Source: Octopus vulgaris (Eukaryota). Taken from it: a DNA stretch of 64,000 nt. The notes under the pieces are model-generated. The model was not told the origin of the DNA. It worked only from the letters and a program-made list of their open reading frames with translations, and did not search any database. The DNA lies in NCBI GenBank assembly GCA_951406725.2, contig OX597823.1:117676001-117740000 (forward strand), in the 5' to 3' direction. Both the position numbers and the translations under genes were made by a program. The number at the start of each line of letters is the position of its first letter. Position 1 is the first letter of the stretch. Of this stretch, positions 39,644 through 52,001 are shown one piece after another.

Positions 39644-41821
39644 TTGAGACCCATAATAGCAGGTCCCGCATGCGAAACCCACCGCCTCAGTAACTTTTTA
39701 GACACCCTGTTAAAACCACTCCTCAAACATGTCAAAAGCTATATAAGGGACGACTTGGATATGCTCAATCACCTACCGAATACTATAAACAAAAACACTA
39801 TACTGGTATCCTTCGATGTAGTCAACCTCTACTCCAATATCCCCCAGAACCTAGGACTAGAGGCAATCCAATTCTGGCTAGAGAATCACGCCAACGAACT
39901 ACATCGCATCAAAAATGAATTCGTGATAGAAGGGGTTAAATTGATCCTGGAAAATAACTACTTCGCATTCAAAGACAACTTCTACCGACAAAAATCGGGG
40001 ACTGCCATGGGTATGTGAATGGCCCCCCTCCTTTGCCAACCTAGTCATAGGATATCTAGAGATCAGTCTGTATCGTAAGGTTCTAGAAAGATATGGCAGC
40101 CCTTTCTCCATCTACATAGAAAACAACTGGAAGAGATATCTAGATGACTGTTTCATTCTTTGGCATGAAAATATAGAGAAACTCAAAGAATTCCAAGCAA
40201 TTTTAAACGGACTGGACGTAAACATCCAATTCACGATGGAATATAGCCAGCAACAACTCCCCTTCCTCGATATCCTCATTAAGAAAGCTAATAATGTAAT
40301 AGAAACAGACATATATTATAAGCCTACAGATTCTAAGCAATATCTTCCATTCAATTCATGCCACCCCAGACACACCAGGATGAATATCCCCTTCAATCTA
40401 GCAAAAAGGATATGCACTATAGTTTCTAATGCAAACACCAGAGACACACGACTACAAGAACTAAAAGATACCCTTGTCACCAGGAACTACCCACCTTCAC
40501 TTAATTGACATGTGCATTCAACGTGCCCTTCAACTTAACATCAAGGAACTGAGACATCCCAAATCAAAGAAAAACTTACGACCAAAAGCCTTACCATACA
40601 TCTCCACACACAACCCTCTCAATAATGAAGCCTTCGGCACCATCCTCCACAACATACCCCTCCTAAAAAAAGACCACAGAATGAACACAATCCTCCAAAC
40701 ACACACGATCATAAAAAGCAAGAGACAGCCTAAATCTATGAAAAGTCTCCTAACACAAGCCCGAATACGCTCTTCAACACAGAAGCCGACAGTAAAAAAA
40801 TGTGGAAGACCCAATTGCGGGATATGCGATTATCTAATTGAGGGATCAGAGTTCTCCTTCAAACAGGGACAACGGTTTACAGTGAAAAGCAACTTCACAT
40901 GTGCTTCGGAGAACCTAATATACTCACTAACCTGCTCCGGGTTTCAAGAGCAGTACATAGGCCAAACAAAAAATAGTTTGCGTAAAAGAATGGCCCTGCA
41001 CAGATCCCAGATAAAAATTCCCCAAAACAGAAAAATAGCTTTCAGCCAACACATAGATACTTGCGCCAACAACAAAACACCAGGCTTCAGGATTTTCCCC
41101 CTCTACCAATTTAGGGACGATACAACCTCGAGATAACGAATAAGTAAAGAAACTCTCTTTATTACAAAATACAGGCCACTTCTTAACGGGTCTACGACAA
41201 ATGATTAATATACCTCAACTTTAGAATAAAAGAAATACACACACAAATATTACATTTCAAAGAATCCATTACAAATCAGCCCCAATCACAGCTATAATCC
41301 ATAACGTGCCAACTTCAAGTCATACAACACCTCACTACTTTCACCCATTCATATTCTCCCTTCTCTTTTTTCTTCTTCTTCATCATCATCATTATCATCA
41401 TCATCGTCGTCACCATCATCGTCATCTTCTTCTTCTTCTTCTCCACCTTCTACCTCTTAACTTTATCACTAATTCCATAAACAAACCTTTCAATAGAAAT
41501 ATTCTCCTGAATTGAACTGCAACTGCTAGCCGCCACTGACCATTCAAAATACGACCATCAAGGCACTCCCAAATTTTCTTCTACCCTACCAAGAATTCAC
41601 AACGGCCTCGAACACACAAGTGCAAACAAGGGAGACAGAGAAAGGCAGAATGCCACTTATATTTGAACACTATACAAATATTCCTTTAAAAAAACTTTTC
41701 TTTTAATTTTTCTAAATTTAATTATTTAATCGTTACAGTTGAAAAGGTCTCAAAATGACCAAAACTGGTACTGAAATGTTCTTTATAAAATTATTTTAGC
41801 ATTTTCTATTTCGACTTGTTT

Positions 41822-41822
<1 letters not shown>
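39644..41822 (+). mobile_element. 5'-truncated Penelope-like retroelement (RT plus GIY-YIG endonuclease), disrupted
   Basis: RT motifs LRPII, LVSFDVVNLYSNIP, YRQKSGTAMG, KRYLDDCF, LPFLDI and YYKPTDSKQYLPFNSCHP. Cys linker KCGRPNCGIC. Endonuclease NLIYSLTC..EQYIGQT...RMALH. A few frameshifts and stops. Flanked by (TA)n on both sides. Confidence 0.95.
41736..41773 (+). ncRNA. Decayed hammerhead motif at the 3' end of the Penelope-like element
   Basis: CAG-TTGAAAA-GGTC TCAAAAT GACC-AAAA-CTGG-TA-CTG. This is four transitions away from CAG-CTGAAGA-GGTC..GACC-GAAA-CCGG-TA-CTG. Confidence 0.55.
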
Positions 41823-41895
<73 letters not shown>

Positions 41896-41899
41896 ACAC

Positions 41900-43350
41900 A
41901 CACACATGGCACTACCAGAACTCAGCTTCTCCAAGGTGAGTAGGTCTTCATGAGAACTGCATACTACTAGTGAGTAGTCATCCTGGTTCTTTCTAATTAC
42001 CTCCATCAGGTTCAAGGTCCTGAGATCAACCTTCACCACTGTCTCATGTTTTCCTTGGTCTCCCTCTTCTCAAGTTTCACCTAAGTGATTAGCACTTCTT
42101 TAAACAGCTGTTTTCATCATCACATGTCCATACAAGTGCGGCCTTCTTTCTTGCACACTGCATCTGATTCCTCTTATACCCAGTTTTTGTCTCAGCACCA
42201 TTCTACTGTGTCTTTCATGCACACTCACATTGCACATCTGACACAGCATGTTTTTTTCATTCCTTTCTAGTCTTCTCAAAACCTCTGCACTCAAAATTCA
42301 TGTCTCAATACCAAACAGCATTGCAGTTCTAACACAAGCACCATAAAATCTGCCCTACAATCTGAAGGTAAAAGACCTTTGTTTTCAGCAGTGACAGTAG
42401 CTCCCTGAACTTTCTGCAATCCATTCTTACTCTGGCTACTATACTTTCAGAATAACCACATTCCTTGCTAACTACATCACTTAGGTAACAAAAAACTATC
42501 AAGTACTTCCAGTGAGACATCTGGGCATTTAAGGGAGTCTATTTCTGGTGCATTCACAACATGTATGTACTGCTCCAGTGTATCTATCACATATGAAGCT
42601 TACATTCCTTGATGGTCTGCGTGTGATTCCACTACATTTCTTTTGTGTCTGTAGCCAACATAGTGTACAGAATATGGTATTTATACCTACTCCTTTTCTG
42701 CATTTTCAGGCCATTTTCCTGAAGATAGTTATCACATATCTTCTACAATGGAAGCCCAAGTCTCACCACTGTGCTGTATTCCATTTGGTATATAAGCATC
42801 ATACAAACTTCCTTTAACTTGTAGAGAGAAACTTTTTTTGTTACCAGCAGAGTTAATAGCTCCCTGATCTTTTCCATCCTATTTCAACTCTGGCTAGTGT
42901 GCATTTGCTACATCCTCCTCCACTACTAAGTAAGTCATCTACAGAGCAGAAGCTATTAACTACTTCTAATGAACCAACCAAACACTTGAAGGAATTTATT
43001 TTGTCGGTATTCTTACTGCTAACTACTTTTGTGTATCTACCATATATGAAGTCTACCATTTCTGTCAAGTTGCCTATGAAATCACATCATATATCCACTG
43101 TTTACCTTGAGTACACTAAATGGAATTTCTAGCTACTCCTTTTCAGCTGTCTTCTTTTCTGCTCACTAAAACTTTAGCTTCTAATAAGATTACTTTGAGG
43201 CCTCTTGATTTTTGATTTGTCATCCATGTTGGAAATTTCTTCTCCAAGTCTACAGATCCTGCTTAAGAAACAGCTCATCTACTTACAGGAGTTCTTGGAG
43301 AGCTCTGATGCCATATAAGCTTTGGTTAAGTACACAGGCTTTTGAACACA
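41900..43350 (-). mobile_element. Decayed RTE-type LINE fragments
   Basis: Peptides LRRLERNEKNMLCQMCNVSVH, SESIVARVRM..RKFRELLSLL and LEVVNSFC..DLLSSGGGCS..LARVEIGWK. Confidence 0.75.
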
Positions 43351-43827
43351 AAGCCAAACCATTTCAGCTTCAACAACCAATGAATCTTCTACACTGGATC
43401 AAGTCATTGTAAGGTCAATTTATTATTACTCAATCTTGCACAAAACATTCCATTTGTGGTTTAATGCTTATAGTTAGATGGCCCTTCTAACATCATCCAC
43501 TTTCTGGAACATACAGGAGGAATTTTATTGGCACTAGCACTATGGAAGCTATCACGTCTTCGTGTAGGCTAAAGGGTCCTATCACCTTGATGTCTTCTTA
43601 GCTCAATCATTAATCCCTTACCAAGTATACTGGGAGGAGCATTCTATCACAGCACCAGCATTATTGGGTTGCCTTGTGCCCCAAGTTTCCACTACTCTAT
43701 GGGGTCTTTGTATATTCAAAGCAACATAATCTAGAGAGTGAAACAAAGGGAGGAAGGGGAATGAGAGAAACAGAGTGAAGGTGTTACAGGTACAATTATA
43801 TTTTTGCATTCATGTTGAGGTATACAC

Positions 43828-44041
43828 TTTACTCTCTTTACTCTTTTACTTGTTTCAGTCATTTGACTGTAGCCATGCTGGAGCACCACCTTTAGTCGAG
43901 CAAATCGACCCCAGGACTTATTCTTTGTAAGCCTAGTACTTATTCTTTTGGTCTCTTTTGCTGAACCGCTAAGTTACGGGGACGTAAACACACCAGCATC
44001 AGTTGTCAAGCGATGTTGGGGAGACAAACACAGACACACAA

Positions 44042-44077
<36 letters not shown>

Positions 44078-44242
44078 AACGGGCCTTTTTCAGTTTCCGT
44101 CTACCAAATCCACTCACAAAGCTTTAGTCAGCTAGAGGCTATAGTAGAAGAAGACACTTGCACAAGGTGCCATGCAGTGGGACTGAACCCAGAACCATGT
44201 GGTTCATAAGCAGGCTACTTCTACACAGCCAGTCCTATGCCT
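43828..44242 (-). mobile_element. SINE family B
   Basis: Reverse-complement match to 22005-22375. Confidence 0.85.
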
Positions 44243-44435
44243 ATATATACAGACTGATTGACTTTATTAACTATATCACCTTTTCATTTACATTCTATTT
44301 CAGTTGGTACAGTTTCTGGTCAATTCAGGTGACACACAATTTACTGAACAAGAAAGGTTTATCATAAATCACAAACTGTCAGCATCTGACAACAATATAA
44401 CAATACAAATTCTTCTGAAAAGTTTCCCCATCATT

Positions 44436-44730
44436 TAGTTAGTTAGTTAGTTAGTTAATTTGGCTCAAAAGCAAATAGCAAGGCCATGTAGGGGGACATG
44501 GAGTTAAGTACAGGGTGGTGTTCATGTAAAGAGTTCAGGCTACTTGAGGTCCAGGGAGGCTTTGAACAAAGCGGTCGTCGGTATCTTCACCATCTCGTCT
44601 GGCAGCTTGTTCCACGGATCCGCAACCCGGACGGAGAAAGCTCCTCTCCTTCGATTGAGATGAAATCGTCGCAGGTAGAGCTTTTCGGAATGACCCCGCA
44701 GCCGACGCTCCGGAGCAGGAGTGAAGAACA
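44436..44730 (-). mobile_element. CR1/L2-group LINE 3' end with (TAAC)n tail
   Basis: Minus strand reads FFTPAPERRLRGHSEKLYLRRFHLNRRRGAFSVRVADPWNKLPDEMVKIPTTALFKASLD, with typical RGH..KL / FS.RV..WN.LP / FK..LD motifs. A short UTR and tetranucleotide tail follow. Confidence 0.88.
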
Positions 44731-44822
44731 GATTACAACAGATGAGAATGTGTGGTCTTTCATATGCATACTGAAAAAGTTACTGCTATTCAACTAAGCA
44801 AGCTACACACAACCTATGGTTT

Positions 44823-44878
<56 letters not shown>

Positions 44879-47063
44879 TGAGTGTGTGTGTGTGTGTTTA
44901 TCTTTGTACTTGTAGGTGCATATGAGCTTAAATCTCTTCATATATTAATCTATGCACAAGTTTTTGTATTAGGTCATGTGTGTGTACATGTGTATGTGCA
45001 CATGTGTAATTGTCTGTGTGTGTATACAGATGTGAAAATGTGTGAGAGAGAGAGTCAAACTGTATGTTTATGCACAGGTAAATACCTGAGCCTGTGTATG
45101 TGGAAATGTGTGGCACAATTAGGTGTTCATTACCAATATTGATAAGAAAAATAAATAATTAATGAAAGAAATTGATTATTAATGCTGATAATAAAAATGG
45201 TAACAAAGATTATAATGATGAAAAAAAAAATGAATAGATTGAATAATAACGATAAAAGTATTTTAAAACTCTCTCTCAATTGTTTACAGACAATATCATG
45301 GAGGCAAAAAGTAGAACTGAAGAGAGAAGAAAAAAAGGATAAACCAATTAGCTAATCATAATAATCAAGTCTGTGAAAAAGATGAATCTTGTGGTTGTGT
45401 GTGTATAAACACACAAATACATGCATAGTATATGCAGATACAAACTCACAATCACATAAACATACAAGTCTATATATGTACATATTTCTCATACATATAC
45501 ACACACACTCAGAGATATTCACAATAAAAACTGATGCAAAAAATGTGTGTGTGTGTGTGTGTGTGTACACACTTAGCATATTCTAAAGTAATTTACGAAG
45601 TTCTTTTCAATAAATACATCATCTGAAAGAAACCTTATGATATACAGCTCCAAGCAGTTGAAGTAGGTCAAAGAACTACAGTTGCTCTGCAATTTACAGC
45701 TACAAACTAATTATAACAGAAGATTCTGGTGGATGATAACTTGACTGAATTCAACAAAGAAAGCAAAATGCAGGAACAAAATTTAGATAGAAACAATAAG
45801 GCAGTGCACAAAATAGCAGCACTTCATTGAGACAGACAGAGAAATAGTTTAGCGTACAACACACTGGTACACACTTACAGGCACAGCGTCACAGGTAGCA
45901 GAAGCAGAGAGTGATTAGTCATTAGCATGAGTGAAACTGAAAGTAGGTCCTTGTGTTAGCGCAAATTCGGTTCCTTTCATGTTATTCAGGAATGAGTGGG
46001 AAGGAGTAGAGAGGAATATGAATAAAACCACTTAAATCAAAAATTCTATAATAGAATTTCCTTTGGTAAATTATCTCAAAGTAGTTTTCTAGAGCAAAGG
46101 AATAATAACAACTGTAGTAGTAGCAGTAGTAGTAACAATAATAATAATAATAATAATAATATTATCCTCATCATTTAAGACCCAGCTTCCATGTTGGTAT
46201 GGATTGGATGGTTTGAGATGGTCTGACAAGAGGACTGCCTCATGCACAAATGTCTTCTTTGAAATGGTTTCTATCACTGGATGCCCTTCATAATGCCAAT
46301 CATCACAAGTACAAGGTATACTTGTGACGATTGCCTCATAATTTGAAAGGCTAAGGCCTGAAAGTGGCTCCCTATAACTGAGAGAGAAGAAAAGAGATAG
46401 TGGGGAAATTATCCTAGGCAGTAGGATGAAGGAAAGTTAATTTAAAGGGGAGACTAGGAGAGTATGGCAAGGAACAGGGCAGAAGAAAAGGATTGGTGAC
46501 ATGATTAAAAAGAAGAGAAGGTTGAAAATGTGGTAAAATGGGTTGTATTGGGATGGGAAGGTCTAGGGCCCCTACAACATTTCAAGGAGTGCATACAGAC
46601 AGAAAGTGTGAGGGAAAGGGGGATAGAAAGGAAACAATAAACTATGGTGGAAAAGAATCCTGAGTGAGTCATTGAAGGAAGTGGTGGAGGGGGTCATGCC
46701 TGTAGGTCAGAGGGGACAAGTCGAGGAAGAGTGTTAAGGAAGGAAGCAGAGATGCTGTGCAGGAGAGGGCTGTGAGAGAAAAGAGGATAGAGGAGAGGTG
46801 AGTGATATGTAGACACTGAAAGGTACCACAGAAGTAGGAAGAGGAGAAAGAGCAGAGTGCAAGAATACTGTGAAGGCATCATAGATGGGGAAGGCACTGG
46901 AGAGGAAGGATGGAATTAGGGATGTGAAAAAGATACTGGGTAGGTGCAGCAAGAGGTGTGAGAGTGAACAGTGAAGTAAAGGTGGCAATAAAGGCATCAT
47001 GGGATAGAGTGCAGTGGGAGTGAGGTGTGAGGTGACAAGTTGTAAGGTTGGCTTGGTTAGGAA

Positions 47064-47129
<66 letters not shown>

Positions 47130-47284
47130 AAAACAACCAACAACTGATGAAGGGTCATTCTTTTGTTGCTTTGTCTTGTTTCTTTGTTTGCAAAAAAAGT
47201 TTGTATTCCATGTTGTTTATGTTCTGTGACATTCTGTGCCCATATATGCATATGTATATACATGTATATGTCAGTATGTCTATC

Positions 47285-47315
<31 letters not shown>

Positions 47316-47519
47316 TATCTATATATGTATATATATATATATATATATAGATAGATAGATAGATAGATGGAATATATATGATTGAATGCCACACATCTAA
47401 TTCCAAGTAAGTTTTATCTATCTATCTATATATGTCCATCTATCCATCTATCTATCTATCTATCTATATATATATATATATATATATATATCAAAATAAG
47501 CAACAAGAATGACTCCGGT

Positions 47520-47610
47520 AATTTGGTACGATCGTTTCATACTACATCATTTTATTAAATGTTGTAAGTATTACAACAGTTTTAAAATGCTGAGCACTCA
47601 TCAGCCAATT
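47520..47610 (-). ncRNA. Hammerhead ribozyme candidate with intact core and long stem II
   Basis: AATTGG-CTGATGA-GTGCT..CATTTTA..TGTTGTAA TAC TTACAACA..TAAAATG..AGTAT-GAAA-CGATCG-TA-CCAAATT. Confidence 0.78.
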
Positions 47611-48100
47611 ATAGAGGTTTCCCATTAATACAAAAATTTTCATATCAAGTGGCAACATTATAGAGAAGGTAGATACAGACAAAGATGTGGATTTAAATTT
47701 TAAGAACATTTGAGGTAGTGGAGCCCATCAACTGACTGACTAAGATTCAGTTGTTCCAGACCACTGTAATGTTCTGAGAGGGAAGAACAAATGAAAAGAG
47801 ACAAAGATTTTCTAATTATAGAAATGGGGTAAAGAGGATGTCATAGCTCCATATAAGGAATTTATGTAGAAGACAGCATTGTCACAACTAAATGCCAATT
47901 ACTACTATTTGATGAACAGATTCAGCATTAGGAGAAACTAGGTCAAAGTCAAATGGTCACAATAACATTCACAGAGAATGCAGAGACCTTACAAACCCTA
48001 TGCATATCAACACAACAGTTGGTCTATAAGTTCCAAGTACTTTGACACGTTAGAATAAAGGAAAAATATAAATCTAAAATTTATTCAAATTTGGAGAAAG

Positions 48101-48590
48101 AGACTAGGTTAATTATATATTAAGAAATGGGAGTGAGATAATCAAGATTAGCCAAATAGTTTCCCCAGGGACATAGGATTAATGCTACTTAGTATTGGAG
48201 AACATTATAAAAAAGAAGAATTTAATTCTAAGTTTGCAATGAAGTTTTTTAATCATTTATGGGTGTTAAAATAAAACCAGTATGGTATATTTGTTCCTAT
48301 TTGGTTAAATATATTTTGTAAAGATATCTTAGACTAATTATATATTAAGAAATGGAAGTGAGATAATCAAGGTGAACTGAATAGTTTCTTTAGGGACATA
48401 GGATTCATACTATTTAGTATTCCTACTATTTGGGATTCATACTATTTAGGGTTCCAACTATTTAGATTCATACAGTTTAATTTTAGAAAAAAAGAATTTA
48501 ATTTTAAGTTTGCAGTGAAGTTATTTTAGTCATCTATAAATGTTAAATTGAAAGCTAGTGTGGTATATTCCTTCTTATTTGGTTATAAAG
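48101..48590. repeat. Diverged ~230 bp direct duplication downstream of a GIY-YIG fragment
   Basis: TAATTATATATTAAGAAATGG.AGTGAGATAATCAAG...GGGACATAGGATT...AAGAATTTAATT.TAAGTTTGCA.TGAAGTT occurs twice. Confidence 0.8.
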
Positions 48591-48629
48591 AATTAAAATT
48601 TGAAAAATATAGGAATATTCACAAAATTA

Positions 48630-48975
48630 TTATTTAAAGTATTTAAACGTTCTGGTTGTATGATGTATACAAGATACTCCCAGCTCCAAACGGTTATTCA
48701 ACAGACTTGTATTACCCTGATGTTTCAAAATTTCATAAGTTTCCATAGAACAAAGTTGACAACCATCCCTACTATTCCTATAAGGTTGCGCTCTTCTAAC
48801 TATATCCCATTTTAGGTTGAATTCTATATTATTCGTTTTTAGTTCCCAAATTTTACCAGATAATGTAGTGCAACCTGCCTTATGTTTGAGCCTAAAAGAG
48901 GAAAAATGATTGTTTAGACGTTTTTTAAAATCTACCGAACAACCGAAATAAAGATAGTTGTTATTTGAAGTCATT
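48630..48975 (-). mobile_element. Penelope-like GIY-YIG endonuclease C-terminal fragment (second family)
   Basis: YLYFGCSVDFKKRLNNHFSSFR...TTLSGKIWELK..IEFNLKWDI..AQPY..CQLCSMETYEI..LLNNRLEL..SCIH. Confidence 0.82.
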
Positions 48976-49149
48976 ATTGCGCATTTGTTCGGTCCAAAAC
49001 GTAATTTATAAATGCACAATAACAGACCATGAAACCATAGAAACCATGAAACCATAGAAACCATGCCAAAACAAACATTAGAGCTTGGCGCAGTCTTCTG
49101 GTTCACTACTTTCTGTTGAACCATTCAACTCATGCCAACATGGTAAACA

Positions 49150-49540
49150 GATGTTGGATTATGATAATTTTGGCACATTCCAATATACATATAGAGGGAA
49201 GTGAAAGCTAATTGGCCAGATATTGTTGTCATGGATCATCAGTAATGGGAGCGCCTCTTAATTAAAGTATCAGCCCCAAACATGCTATATACTGTATCTC
49301 TAAAAGAACTGGAGAAATGATCCAAATATAACGATCTGAAATTTGAGATAATGGAATGTTAGAAAGAGAAACCAGCTCTATAATAAGGTGGGTCTTGGAA
49401 ATGATTGAAAAAAACAAGCAGATAAATGCATAACCAAAATGCTAGTATTCACAAATATACACAACATAGCACCAAAAGGCAACATACAGATGTTACGTTC
49501 AGTACTTTCAATATAATAGAAACAACAAAACAAAACACTG
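49150..49540 (+). mobile_element. Decayed restriction-like endonuclease domain of an R4/Dong/R2-group non-LTR element
   Basis: Manual translation gives VKANWPDIVVMD, LLIKVSAP and KELEK*SKYNDLKFEI. These match the RPD..E..K..KY RLE pattern. Confidence 0.7.
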
Positions 49541-50357
49541 CACATACCCAAGGTACACAGAACTGAGGTCGGTAGTGAAGTGAAAGCATGCATTAAAAGT
49601 AAGACTACTTAATAATAATAATAAAGTGCAGCTTAATTATTTCATCCTGAATGCAGCGTTGTACTAGAAAGATCAAAGAGAAGTTGTCTAAGAAAGCAAA
49701 AGATTAAAGGAAGACATTACTTAGTAAGCTTCCAAAAATCCTCTGTTCTACTTTTTTTTTCACCAATTTGTGTCACAGACATTGAACTGAACATTTCGCA
49801 AATTCAATAACAGAAATGATTTTAAGACTTAAAATGAATAACAATTTAATTGAGAGTGAGTATGTGTATGTATGTGAGTGTCTCAGTACATCAGTGTACA
49901 TATGCCTGAGCATGTGTGTGAGAGAAAGAGAGAGAGAGTGAAAGACAGAGAGTGAGTATGTACGCGTATGCACACATGTTAGTACAGATAATGTTTATAT
50001 GAAGTGAGTGTATATTTTAAAAAACACAACCGTGCTCCTGATTTATCTCTATTAAGGATTGTGTATATTCCTCTTGAAGCCCTTTATATTGGCAACAATA
50101 ATGTTCAAAGCTTAATCAGCATAGCTAAACTTTTGCAATCTTGTCAAAGTAGTTAATAGATTTTCATAATAATGCTGTGAGTGCTGAACTTGAAAATATC
50201 AGATGTCAGCAAGGAGGAAATGGCAGTTGATCTTTATTACAAGGGTCTATCTTCATCATAGTGAATGGTCTAAGTTTGTTACTAGGTCTGCTCTATATTA
50301 TTAAGTCTTGCCATATATTTTGTAACAAATATAGCTTCAATGAATGATCTTTAATAT

Positions 50358-50587
50358 TTTTCATTACCCACACGGGGCTTAAACATAGAAGGGACAAACA
50401 AGGACAGACAAACGAATTAAGTCGATTACATTGACCCCAGTGCGTAACTGGTACTTGATTTATTGACCCCAAAAGGATGAAAAGCAAAGTCGACCTTGGC
50501 ACAATTTGAACTCAGAACGTAACGGCAGACAAAATACGGCTAAGCATTTCGCCCGGCATGCAAATGGTTCTGCCAGCTCGCTGCCTA
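50358..50587 (-). mobile_element. SINE family A
   Basis: Reverse-complement match to 7205-7436. Confidence 0.85.
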
Positions 50588-51132
50588 AAAGGTAGTTGTG
50601 TTACCAGTATCAGATAGAACTGAACCAGTCTGCACTAAATTTCACAAGAATATCAAAAAAAAAAACCCACCATATATAGATGGTTGAACATGTTGGAAAA
50701 AGTACCCACATGAATTTGAACAGAAAAGAAAAGCATGTTACGCCCAAACTGGTAATTGCAATATATTACAAGATTGCAAAAGTCTGAAGTCTTAATGAAA
50801 ACAAGCCACTGAATAAATTTCAGATGGGCTATTAATTCACAAACTGTTATACAAGAATAATAGTTGTAACATTTACATCTAATTGTGACAAACCTGTATC
50901 ACTTTGTCATAAGTTGATTATGCATCTACAACAAGGGGTCATTACAACACACATCAACCAATGCAATACTTGATAGAATAACATTTGTTGATAATTTCAA
51001 ACCAGGCAATAATGACATCACTGACACACACTTTCCATGGTTCCTCACCCTCTATCACCAAACAACTCTTGCTCTCCTCACACTCTCACAACTCACCATT
51101 CACAAGTCATCTCCCTTTCTTTCATCCTTCCC

Positions 51133-51402
51133 TTACTCTCTCTCTTTTACTTGTTTCAGTCATTTGACTGCGGCCATGCTGGTGCACCGCCTTTAGTCGA
51201 GCAAATCGACCCCAGGACTTATTCTTTGTAAGCCTAGTACTTATTCTATCAGTCTCATTTTGCTGAACTGCTAAGTTACGGGGACGTAAACACACTAACA
51301 TTGGTTGTCAAGCGATGTTGGGGGGACAAAAACAGATACACAAACACACATATATATATATATATCATCATCATCATTTAACGTCCGCTTTGATGATGAT
51401 GA

Positions 51403-51445
<43 letters not shown>

Positions 51446-51757
51446 TGTGACTGACCAGGCGATCAGACGTTGCTACACATTGCTGGTCACAATGCGCTTC
51501 ACATTGTTTTAGTCTTCAAATGACGCCACCCCGCTGGCTAAGCGAGCAGGCCAACAGAAGAAAGAGTGAGAGCAAGTTGTGGCGAAAGAGTACAGCAGGG
51601 ATCACCACCCCCTGCCGGAGCTTTGTGGAGCTTGAGGTGTTTTCGCTCAATAAACACTCACAACGCCCGATCTGGGAATCGAAACCGCGATCCTATGACT
51701 GCAAGTCCGCTGCCCTAACCACAGGGCCATTGCGCCTCCACACACACACACACACAC

Positions 51758-51840
<83 letters not shown>

Positions 51841-52001
51841 GGCAGGATTCTTTCAGTTTCTGTCTACCAAATCTACTCACAAGGCTTTGGTCAGCCCGAG
51901 GCTATAGTAGAAGACACTTGCCAAAGAACCACACAGTGGGACTGAACCCAGAACCATGTGGTTGGTAAGCAAGCTACTTACCACACAGCCACTCCTATGC
52001 C
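51133..52001 (-). mobile_element. SINE family B split by nested insertions in its microsatellite linker
   Basis: The 3' half lies at 51133-51345 and the 5' half at 51840-52001. Confidence 0.85.
51443..51739 (-). mobile_element. tRNA-derived SINE (distinct family) nested in the family B SINE
   Basis: Head GGAGGCGCAATGGCCCTGTGGTTAGGGCAGCGGAC...GGTTTCGATTCCC with A/B boxes. Flanked by (TA)/(CA) repeats. Confidence 0.8.

Noticed and set aside
47140-47245. CTGATGAAGGG hammerhead-like start
   Set aside because: No downstream GAAA box or stem III was found.
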